In this document: piece by piece, positions 9,610-17,913 of the stretch
How positions within the stretch are numbered: the stretch's first letter is position 1
How the letters are laid out: each line of letters begins with the position of its first letter
The notes under the pieces: generated by a model
Told to the model about the DNA's origin: nothing
What the model saw: the letters and a program-made list of their open reading frames with translations, nothing else
Databases searched by the model: none
Source of the DNA: Spirochaetota bacterium
Lineage (GTDB): Bacteria > Spirochaetota > UBA4802 > UBA5550
Assembly (NCBI GenBank): GCA_050298055.1
Contig: JBNKTL010000041.1
Span: forward strand, 1 to 23,821
Direction of reading: 5' to 3'
DNA: 23,821 nt
Position numbers and translations under genes: made by a program

Positions 9610-10536
9610 ATGGAAAATACAAAGGACACTATACCGCTGTTCAACAGAAAAGACCTTCGCCGCTTCAACAGCCATGAATTGATTTTTGATATTCTCCTGG
9701 TTTTATGGAGTGAACTGCTCCTCTACTCGGTGGTTACCCGGGGAAAGAACCTCTACCAGCTTCTCACCCTGGATCAACTGGCCTGGTCCACCGTGGTCAT
9801 CACCTTTGTGTTGTCGTGGTATTTCTTTCTGATATACTATCACCTGGATAAGAAAATTAAAAATGTCTGGCCTTCGGTAATGATGTTTTACCTTGCAATT
9901 ACAATCCCCTTTCTCATGTCCGTTTTCGGATACCGGGGGATAGAGGGGATCATCGGTCACAAACCGCCCGGGTCAGTGGGTTTCTGGACCTTCTTCGGCA
10001 CCCTCTTCAGCATTATCGCCGGTTCCGGTTTCGCGTACACCGAGCAGGGCGCAGAGGAGGGTAAATCCATACTCCTTCCCCGTATCGAAGTACTGTTTCT
10101 CATTGTCCCCATAGGAACCTTCTACATGTCATTTTATCTCACAGGAAGAGTTCCTTTTATTGCAGTGCTCGCAGCAGGGGGCGCCATTTTATTAATTCTC
10201 TTTTTAATACGCAGACAGATAAAAGACAGGAAAGAGATGAAGTTGAGCCGCTCCTATCACCATTTCAGGAAATACGTGTTCCCGGTCATCTTCTTCCTGG
10301 TCCTCTGCCTGTGGGAGGAAATTTATCTCTGGGGAAAAATTCACGGCGCCCTCAATGCCGGGGAAGTCCTTTCTTTTTCCGGTACGGCACTCTACCTTTT
10401 CTTTTCAGGGATCATTCCCGCCCGTATCCTCATGATACTGGACCCTCCGGTAAGTCTCGCCGGTCTCGGCACGGGGCTCTTCAGTCTCGGCTGGTTCCTT
10501 TTTTCCGTGTACAGGCTTATATCGGGATTGTTTTAA
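9610..10536 (+). CDS. Hypothetical polytopic membrane protein
   Basis: About 9 hydrophobic segments; its decayed paralog differs largely at third codon positions, which supports real coding status. Confidence 0.8.
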   Translation: MENTKDTIPLFNRKDLRRFNSHELIFDILLVLWSELLLYSVVTRGKNLYQLLTLDQLAWSTVVITFVLSWYFFLIYYHLDKKIKNVWPSVMMFYLAITIPFLMSVFGYRGIEGIIGHKPPGSVGFWTFFGTLFSIIAGSGFAYTEQGAEEGKSILLPRIEVLFLIVPIGTFYMSFYLTGRVPFIAVLAAGGAILLILFLIRRQIKDRKEMKLSRSYHHFRKYVFPVIFFLVLCLWEEIYLWGKIHGALNAGEVLSFSGTALYLFFSGIIPARILMILDPPVSLAGLGTGLFSLGWFLFSVYRLISGLF

Positions 10537-10860
10537 GAGTGAACTGCTTTTCAGTAGGAATAGATTACTGAAATTTCATAAATTCTTTCACTCTTTTCTG
10601 TTGTTGTGTCCCCCGCGCGGCCAAGAAAGGCGTTATGGGTAACCTGTCCTGCTAAAATGATATTCCATTCCGGGAATTCAAACGGTTTGTTTTTCTTTAT
10701 TTCACATTAATAGAAGGTAATGTTTTAAGCAGGCGGGAGGAGGTTATTGGGGTTTGTGGAATATCCGGAAGTAAATTATTTATAATAAGCATTATTAGTG
10801 GTGGTTATATCGTTGCGGTTTATAACCGCCGGTTTTTTTCCGCATAGGGAACGGGAATTT

Positions 10861-10880
10861 TTGCGGGCTATCACCCGCAA
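10861..10880. terminator. Stem-loop downstream of the DUF2442-like remnant
   Basis: TTGCGGG-ctatca-CCCGCAA; second palindrome GCGGTTTATAACCGC nearby at about 10814-10828. Confidence 0.4.
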
Positions 10881-10897
10881 TTCCAATTGAATCTCAA

Positions 10898-11017
10898 TTA
10901 AACGGCCTTTTTATCGCACCGGCCCATGAGGAGATGGGGAACACTGATATCTTCGTCAAGATCATCCCAGTGGATGCCGATACCCCCGCCGCTGATAATA
11001 TATTTTTCTCTCTGCTC
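10898..11017 (-). pseudogene. C-terminal fragment of a DUF2442-like (putative antitoxin) gene
   Basis: Translates EQREKYIISGGGIGIHWDDLDEDISVPHLLMGRCDKKAV*; GIHWxxLDEDxSV is the family motif; in-frame stop upstream with no ATG/GTG/TTG start. Confidence 0.75.
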
Positions 11018-11298
11018 ACACTCACCCAGAATTTGGCGATATTAGTCCCCCTCATTCAGAAATAAGTATCTCCAATTGTTTCCTGTATAACAATGAGAGG
11101 ATCGGTTAGGGAATTTTCTTTTACTTAGGGATGGAAATATCATTTCTGCAGTATAAAGGGATTTCCATGCCATTTAGATATAATAATACAAAAAATGACT
11201 TGATCTCCATTTAAACCGGATAATTCTCTAAACCCGGAGGTCTGGTAAAGAGACAGCTTCTGTATCAGGAGACCTGCAATCTTTTCCGAAAAAACAGT

Positions 11299-12357
11299 AT
11301 GTATAAAAACCTGACTATTTACTATTTCAGCGGCACGGGGAACGCTCTCACCGCGGCCCGGTGGATTGAAAAAGAGGCAAAGGCAAAGAGGATTGTCACA
11401 CAGCTTATACCCATTGACCGGTTTAAGAAAATAGAGGTCCCTTGGGGAAAAGGGAAAAGTCTCATCGGCTTTTGCTATCCCACCCACGGCTTTAACCTGC
11501 CGTGGATCATGCTGAAATTCATTATACGGTTTTCTTTGATGAGGGGATGCCACGTATTTCTTTTAAATACACGGGCCGGTTCAAAGATCGGTTCATGCTT
11601 TTTACCGGGAATAAGCGGTATTGCCCAGGTCCTTCCCCTTCTTATCCTGCTGCTTAAAGGCTTCCGGATTCGGGGTATGTTTCCCCTGGACATGCCCTCA
11701 AACTGGATCTCGGTGCACCCCGGTTTCAATAAAAAGACGGTGACCGCGATTTTCCAGCGGTGCCGGACCATGATCAGGGGGTTCTGCGCTAAAATTCTGG
11801 AGGGAAAGATCTCCATCAGGCCCGCGGTTTATCTCATGCTCCCCCTGGATCTTGCCCTTGCTCCGGTTGCCCTGATGTATTTTCTTTACGGACGCTTTTA
11901 CTTCGCGAAAATATTCATCGCGTCAACGGACTGCAACACCTGCAGGCTCTGTAAAATCCATTGCCCCACCGCATCAATTAAAATGATAGACCGGAGGCCC
12001 TTCTGGAAACTGACCTGCGAGAGCTGCATGCGGTGCATAAATATCTGTCCCCGGAAAGCAATAGAGGTATCCCACTCCCTTGCGGTGTTGATCCCGGTGA
12101 TCAGCTCATTTGTGCCCATAGCACTCATGTTAAAAATAATTAACGATCATATTCCCGCGGGATTCACAGGGACGGTAAATTTTCTGGTCAACTGGGGTAT
12201 GGCCCTTTCCCTCTATTTTCTCGTGTCGGGTGCCGTGTTCTGGCTCATCAGAAGCAGGGTGATCAACAGGCTTTTTACCGCCACCTCCCTTACCCGGTAC
12301 TGGAGGCGGTATATGGCAAAAGGGATAAAGAGTAAAAATTTCAGCCGTTTTCTTTAA
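11299..12357 (+). CDS. EFR1-family ferredoxin (flavodoxin-like N-terminus, 4Fe-4S dicluster, C-terminal TM helices)
   Basis: YYFSGTGN, MPSNW, CNTCRLCKIHCP and CESCMRCINICP. Confidence 0.9.
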   Translation: MYKNLTIYYFSGTGNALTAARWIEKEAKAKRIVTQLIPIDRFKKIEVPWGKGKSLIGFCYPTHGFNLPWIMLKFIIRFSLMRGCHVFLLNTRAGSKIGSCFLPGISGIAQVLPLLILLLKGFRIRGMFPLDMPSNWISVHPGFNKKTVTAIFQRCRTMIRGFCAKILEGKISIRPAVYLMLPLDLALAPVALMYFLYGRFYFAKIFIASTDCNTCRLCKIHCPTASIKMIDRRPFWKLTCESCMRCINICPRKAIEVSHSLAVLIPVISSFVPIALMLKIINDHIPAGFTGTVNFLVNWGMALSLYFLVSGAVFWLIRSRVINRLFTATSLTRYWRRYMAKGIKSKNFSRFL

Positions 12358-12399
12358 GTGGCATGAAACAAAAAACTCCCCCATTTTCCATATCTCTTT

Positions 12400-12708
12400 A
12401 TGATCAGTATGCTCACAACCATTGAGGGAATGACCCGGTGCGATTGCAAAATTGTCCTGAAAACAGAGGAAGGCTATTTTGTTATTTATAATACAGATGG
12501 CAATAACTGCGGCAGGTACAGCGAAATAGTCGGAAATACCGAAAAAGGAAGGTTTTTGCTTAATGTTAAACGTAACGGGAAAACCGGAAGGTATTCGGGC
12601 TGGTTGATGAACAGGCTTGAAAAGGTCTGCCCGGTAAACAACGCGATCTTTTATACCTATCATGAACTTCAGATAGAACACGACTCATCCTGTTCAGCGA
12701 ACCTGTAA
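12400..12708 (+). CDS. Hypothetical protein
   Basis: 102-aa ORF filling the gap before prfB; no recognisable motif. Confidence 0.4.
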   Translation: MISMLTTIEGMTRCDCKIVLKTEEGYFVIYNTDGNNCGRYSEIVGNTEKGRFLLNVKRNGKTGRYSGWLMNRLEKVCPVNNAIFYTYHELQIEHDSSCSANL

Positions 12709-12828
12709 ACACCGGGCCGTTTATTGAAGATAAAGTGGTTGACCATTCCGCTGATAGCAAAATATTTGACATAGACTGTCTGTTGGAATTATGTATTGAG
12801 AGTCATTTGTTACCGGGGATGCAGAGAA

Positions 12829-13944
12829 TTGGCTGAGAAAGATTACAGGGAAAACCAGAGGGAACTCTTCTCCGTGGCGGAGAAGGTCAAAGAGCTCTAT
12901 TCGGCCATAAATATTGAAGAGCTGCAAAAGGAGCTTGCCGTTCTTGAGAAGGAGACTTTCAAAGAGGATTTCTGGAAAAACCCCGACACATCCGCGAAGA
13001 TAAATCAGAAGATCAGCATCCTGAAAAAGAAGACCGAGACATGGGGCAGGCTGCTTGCGGATACGGATGAAACTGTGGAGCTCATGGAGATGGCCCTTCA
13101 TGAAGGAGACAGTGAAGTCCTGAAGGATATCTGCGCCACAATTGAAGATCTCGGCAAACGGCTCAATGAACTGGAAACACAGGAACTTCTCTCCGAGGAA
13201 GATGACTTTAACAACGCGTTTATCACCATCCATCCCGGCGCCGGGGGTACGGAATCCCAGGACTGGGCCAGTATGCTTTTCCGTATGTATTACAGGTGGG
13301 GTGAAAAGAACAACTTCAAAGCGGACGTTATCGATTACATGCCCGGTGAAGAGGCCGGTATTAAAAGTGCCACAATTCTCGTAAAGGGAGATTATGCCTA
13401 TGGTCTTCTCAAGGGGGAGATGGGCATCCACAGGCTTGTGAGGATATCCCCCTTCGATTCCAACAAGAGAAGGCATACCTCATTCGCGTCGGTTGAGGTT
13501 GTTCCCGAAGTGGGCGAAGAGCTTGAAGTTGAGATAAATGAATCTGATCTCCGGATCGATACCTACAGGGCATCAGGCGCGGGAGGACAGCATGTGAACA
13601 CCTCCGATTCCGCAGTCAGGATCACCCATATGCCGTCGGGGATTGTGGTCCAGTGCCAGAACGAGAGGTCCCAGCACAAAAACAAGGCCTTTGCAATGAA
13701 AGTCCTGAAGTCCCGGCTCTATGAGTTTTACCGGAAGCGGGAAGATGAGAAGCTGCAGGACAAGATGGGTGAGAAAAAGGATATCTCCTGGGGGAACCAG
13801 ATAAGGTCTTATGTTTTTCAACCCTATACACTGGTCAAGGACCACAGGACAAACGAGGAGACCGGGAGTGTGGATTACGTTTTTGACGGCGAGATCAACA
13901 GGTTCATCTACGCCTACCTGAAGCAGAGAAAGCTTTCGGATTGA
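12829..13944 (+). CDS. prfB: Peptide chain release factor 2
   Basis: GAGGTESQDWA, SPF motif (RISPFD), GGQ (ASGAGGQHVN), WGNQIRSY; probable TTG start at 12829; single continuous frame. Confidence 0.96.
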   Translation: MAEKDYRENQRELFSVAEKVKELYSAINIEELQKELAVLEKETFKEDFWKNPDTSAKINQKISILKKKTETWGRLLADTDETVELMEMALHEGDSEVLKDICATIEDLGKRLNELETQELLSEEDDFNNAFITIHPGAGGTESQDWASMLFRMYYRWGEKNNFKADVIDYMPGEEAGIKSATILVKGDYAYGLLKGEMGIHRLVRISPFDSNKRRHTSFASVEVVPEVGEELEVEINESDLRIDTYRASGAGGQHVNTSDSAVRITHMPSGIVVQCQNERSQHKNKAFAMKVLKSRLYEFYRKREDEKLQDKMGEKKDISWGNQIRSYVFQPYTLVKDHRTNEETGSVDYVFDGEINRFIYAYLKQRKLSD

Positions 13945-13991
13945 TGAGAAAAGTTACGGGTTTCAAGTTCCGAGTTCTGGGTTGATGAGAA
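13941..13991 (+). repeat. Five GTT-N4 heptamers flanked by a 10-bp direct repeat
   Basis: TTGATGAGAA at 13941-13950 and 13982-13991; GTTACGG GTTTCAA GTTCCGA GTTCTGG GTTGATG at 13953-13987. Confidence 0.55.
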
Positions 13992-14041
13992 GAGATTTTA
14001 CACATCTTTAATACGGGGAGAAATGAGCTTGGTGATCGACC

Positions 14042-14935
14042 ATGAAAAATAAAGGAAAAAATAACAAAGACCGGCTCCTCTACGGGGCTTTTGGTACCGA
14101 AGACCTGAACAGCGTCCTGTGTAACTTTTCTTCCCCGGATAAGTGCTGGCTCTTCCTGAGCAGGTTTTCTCCTGACGCTCTCCTGAAGATCATGGAGAAG
14201 GTGGGGCTGACCGGTTTCCTGGTCAAAAAGGGGTTCGGGGAGAAGGACCTTCTCTTAAAAATAAATATTGATGAGTCAATGGTCAATTACCTCAGGCTTT
14301 ACTATAAAAAGGAAGATCCGGACAACCTGATGATTGACCTGAGAATGTCCGAGGTGAAATTTGTTCCCAAACCATGGGGAAAGAAGAAGGACACAGTGGT
14401 ATACGATATGATCGTAACCGAATGGCTTGCCACCCAGGACCCCCTGAAAAATGAGTTTGATGAAAAAAAACCGAGGCTTCCCGGGCAATCGCGGCCGGGA
14501 CTGGGGGTCCTGAAGTACTGTTTTGAAATGATGTACAAGGTCGCCAGGGAGGTGTTTAAAGACGGTTTCATGGATGTCCCCGATCACATGCACGGGGCCA
14601 TCATGTACTCCAAAAAATATATGTTTTATGATCCTGTTCATGAGGCTATCCTTAAAGCGATCCTGAGAGACCTGGGAGACTACCCGCTTGGTGATATATC
14701 ATGGGGGATGATCACAGGTACAATAGTTGAGAAGAACTCCGGTGAACCCCAGGAATTCAGCCCATCGGAGCAGATCTTCCCCGTATCGGACAGAATGAAA
14801 GAGTACTTTCAGTCCAGGGAGTACAGGGACCGCTTTGATTCTGTTTATAAGAAGAAAAAGTATATCTTTGACTATGATCGTATGATAAAAAAGAGAGAGG
14901 AGATGCTGAAAGGGAGTAAGGATATTTCTTTTTGA
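14042..14935 (+). CDS. Conserved hypothetical protein with RLPGQxxPGLG motif
   Basis: 297-aa ORF with host-like codon usage; EWLATQDP, PRLPGQSRPGLG, PDHMHGAIMYS. Confidence 0.8.
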   Translation: MKNKGKNNKDRLLYGAFGTEDLNSVLCNFSSPDKCWLFLSRFSPDALLKIMEKVGLTGFLVKKGFGEKDLLLKINIDESMVNYLRLYYKKEDPDNLMIDLRMSEVKFVPKPWGKKKDTVVYDMIVTEWLATQDPLKNEFDEKKPRLPGQSRPGLGVLKYCFEMMYKVAREVFKDGFMDVPDHMHGAIMYSKKYMFYDPVHEAILKAILRDLGDYPLGDISWGMITGTIVEKNSGEPQEFSPSEQIFPVSDRMKEYFQSREYRDRFDSVYKKKKYIFDYDRMIKKREEMLKGSKDISF

Positions 14936-15084
14936 TGCAGAATAAAAGTCTTAGCCACATTTCGCACAATATTGGAGAATGGTCCGAAGTTGTCAAGCTC
15001 TGGAAATATTTATATTACTAATAATTCATGTTATAAATTCTTTAATCATGAACAATAAAACAAATAAAAGATAAGGATGTTTTT

Positions 15085-15930
15085 ATGGCATATGATGAAC
15101 TCTACGAGGCTTTAAAATCTGCATTTCTCCATTGGTTAAAAGAGATACCAGGATCTGAATCAATTGGTGTTATGGGCATTGAATTTGAAGAAAACGGAAA
15201 AATCGTTTTCTTTAGAACCTCGAGCTCCTATATCATTACGGATTGGGAGGACCCAATTGAAATATCTTCTGATATAAATCTAAATAACTTCGAACACCGG
15301 ACAGATCCTGCCTTCTTTGAAGAACTTGCTGCTAAACTATTCTCAGCCATTCAGACCGAATCAACCTTTCAAAACCTTTGGATTAAAAAGGGATTCCAAT
15401 TTGCTCTTGGATACAATCGTTCCATATCCACCATTCTTGACCCACTGCCCGGTAAAAAGAAGCCGAGTTTTGATGTGAAAAAATTAGTTCAATTTGCTAA
15501 AAAAAGTATTCACACATTTGCCGAAAAGCATAAGGACGAGACCTTTTATGCCTTTGCCATTGATGCAGGTATGCTTAAGATGAATTCCACACAGGCCTTT
15601 GAACGGGACATCAAAGCCTGCAAGGAAAAATTCAGTGAATTATATGAAAATCAAAAACAAATGGATATTCATATGTACAATCCGGGAAATTTTATTTTTA
15701 AGGTAGCTGATTTCACGCGTGATGATAATGGCAGGGACATCACGGGAAAGACAGGTTTTAATCATGATCTGTATGACCTGTTTTATAACAGTGACGATGA
15801 GGGACGCAGGAAGAGTCAATATTTAAAAGCAATGAATAAGGTACTTAAAAGTCTCCAGGATGAGAAGGTCTTTGATTGTTTATCAGTCACCAAAGATTTT
15901 CGTTTATTTGTATCAATAAGTGAAGATTGA
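15085..15930 (+). CDS. DUF4303-like domain protein (C-terminal half), AT-rich
   Basis: FAEKHKDETFYAFAID...NS...YNPGNF...FDCL pattern; SD AAGGA. Confidence 0.7.
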   Translation: MAYDELYEALKSAFLHWLKEIPGSESIGVMGIEFEENGKIVFFRTSSSYIITDWEDPIEISSDINLNNFEHRTDPAFFEELAAKLFSAIQTESTFQNLWIKKGFQFALGYNRSISTILDPLPGKKKPSFDVKKLVQFAKKSIHTFAEKHKDETFYAFAIDAGMLKMNSTQAFERDIKACKEKFSELYENQKQMDIHMYNPGNFIFKVADFTRDDNGRDITGKTGFNHDLYDLFYNSDDEGRRKSQYLKAMNKVLKSLQDEKVFDCLSVTKDFRLFVSISED

Positions 15931-15999
15931 CCGGGCACCACTTTTCGAAGAAGATACCGGTGAGGGTAATGAACTAATAATTATTAAAAACTTAATTTT

Positions 16000-16458
16000 T
16001 CAGATGCCTTTCTTATCAAGCTCAATCTTTCTCATCAGTTCAAGTTCTTTAATATCAACTTCCAGTTTAAGACTGATCTCTCCCATCTTTGATATGAGTT
16101 TCTCCCTGTTTCGGACCAGTTTATTAAGGATATTCCTCATGTCCCGCTTCAGGGCCTTCAACTCCCCCAGTTTTTCATGATCACCCTTTTCAAGGAGCCT
16201 GTTGAATTCACTCTCATCAATACCGGCGGTTTTCAGGATTTTCTCTTTTGTCCGGGCCGATTCAAAATCCAGTGTATCGATTTCGGTCCTCAGGTTTTCA
16301 ATGGACTTCAGGAGGTCTTCGGTTTTATCAAGGTCGCCGGTATTAAGATAGTGAAAGCAGTCGGAGTCTAGCCGGTATATTTCTTCAAAGAGTGAGTATT
16401 TTTTTCTGGTGGTGCTGATCAGGCCGGAGAGAAGTCGGGAAACATCATCCCTCAACAC
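16000..16458 (-). CDS. FlgN-like flagellar export chaperone
   Basis: 152-aa helical coiled-coil protein overlapping the fliS stop. Confidence 0.6.
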   Translation of the reverse strand: MLRDDVSRLLSGLISTTRKKYSLFEEIYRLDSDCFHYLNTGDLDKTEDLLKSIENLRTEIDTLDFESARTKEKILKTAGIDESEFNRLLEKGDHEKLGELKALKRDMRNILNKLVRNREKLISKMGEISLKLEVDIKELELMRKIELDKKGI

Positions 16459-16894
16459 TGAAGCTTCCCTTTCTGTTGATATTGACTTTATCGGATTTGG
16501 TCTCTTTCGCGGAGATCTTGTCCCACGCGTCCCTCAGGTCCTTGAGATATTTGATGACCTCCCTGATGATTTCAGGGTCCTTGTTGATGTTCGCTTCCAG
16601 GAGTCTCTTCTTGAAATACATGTAGAGATTAAAGAGGTTCTTTGATACTTCACCTCCCTCATCCATATTAAGGGAAACCAGGAGTTCGGTTACTATATCG
16701 GCAGCCTTGAGTATGTTATTATTTGCAATGTCGTAAGTCTTCGGCTCCATGTTTTCAATTGCGATATTCAGGAACTTAATTGCCCCGTCGTAGAGCATGA
16801 CAATCAGTTTTCCCTGGTTTGCTGTTGCGACCTGTGTTTCTTTATACTGATTAAGTCCTTTATTCTTTGGCAAAGTGGTTGTGTCTCCCGTCAT
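16445..16894 (-). CDS. fliS: Flagellar export chaperone FliS
   Basis: YKETQVATANQGKLIVMLYDGAIKFL, ELLVSLNMDEGGEVSKNLFNLYMY, LRDAW. Confidence 0.95.
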   Translation of the reverse strand: MTGDTTTLPKNKGLNQYKETQVATANQGKLIVMLYDGAIKFLNIAIENMEPKTYDIANNNILKAADIVTELLVSLNMDEGGEVSKNLFNLYMYFKKRLLEANINKDPEIIREVIKYLKDLRDAWDKISAKETKSDKVNINRKGSFSVEG

Positions 16895-17010
16895 GGTGTA
16901 TTTAATATCCGCCCCTTATTTCTGGAATCACTTTATATATCGTATTCTCAGTCAGTGAACTTTACGAATAATAGTTCCGGGCAGGATATTATTTTACAGG
17001 TTTTCCCTGC

Positions 17011-17898
17011 TTATTTCCCCAGCAGGGATTCTATCCTGTTTAAAATTTCCCGGTATTTCTCCCCGGTTTTTTCTACGATTTCTTCGGGCAGGGGAGGGGG
17101 CGGGGTCTCTTTGTCCCAGTCGGTTGTTTCAAGGTAGTCCCTGATAAACTGCTTGTCGAAGCTTACGGGAGAAGATCCTACGCTGTAGAGCGACTTGTCC
17201 CAGAACCGCGAACTGTCAGGAGTCAGGACCTCGTCGATAAGGATTATTTCATTATCCAGGAAACCGAATTCAAATTTTGTGTCCGCGAGGATGATCCCCG
17301 CTTCATCAAGCTTCTCCCTTCCGAACTCATAGAGCCTCAGTGTGATATCACCAAGGTGGTCGGCGATCTCGTCACCCAGTTTTTCCCGGACAACGTTCAT
17401 GCTTACGTTCATGTCGTGTCCCCTGTCCTCCTTGGACGCGGGAGTAAAGAGCGGAGCGTCCAGTCTCTGGGCCATCCGGAGCCCCTTCGGAAGGCTGATG
17501 CCGCAGAGAGAACCTGTTTCCCGGTAGTCCTTCCAGCCGCTGCCGATTATGTATCCCCGTGCCACGCACTCAAAGTCGATCCTTTTGGTTTTCCTGACAA
17601 TAACCGCCCTGTCTTTGAGCAGGTCCCCGAAATCGGAGAATGGTTTGGGGAAATTCCTGTAGTCATCCTCAACCAGGTGGTTCTTAATAAACTTGATGCT
17701 TTTGAACCAGGCATTGGACATCCTGTTGAGGATTACCCCTTTGCCCGGAATCCCGTTAGGGAAAATATGGTCAAAAGCGGAAATCCTGTCTGTTGAGACA
17801 ATGAGCATATGTTCCTTATCGACTTTGTAGATGTCCCTGACTTTCCCGCTGTAGGATTTCTTAATCCCTTTGAGTTTTATATCTGTTAACGCTTCCAT
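17011..17898 (-). CDS. purC: SAICAR synthetase
   Basis: GKVRDIY, TDRISAFD, ECVARGY, ADTKFEFG, DEVLTPDSSRFW, SFDKQFIRDYL. Confidence 0.97.
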   Translation of the reverse strand: MEALTDIKLKGIKKSYSGKVRDIYKVDKEHMLIVSTDRISAFDHIFPNGIPGKGVILNRMSNAWFKSIKFIKNHLVEDDYRNFPKPFSDFGDLLKDRAVIVRKTKRIDFECVARGYIIGSGWKDYRETGSLCGISLPKGLRMAQRLDAPLFTPASKEDRGHDMNVSMNVVREKLGDEIADHLGDITLRLYEFGREKLDEAGIILADTKFEFGFLDNEIILIDEVLTPDSSRFWDKSLYSVGSSPVSFDKQFIRDYLETTDWDKETPPPPLPEEIVEKTGEKYREILNRIESLLGK

Positions 17899-17913
17899 GT
17901 ATATACCCTTATC

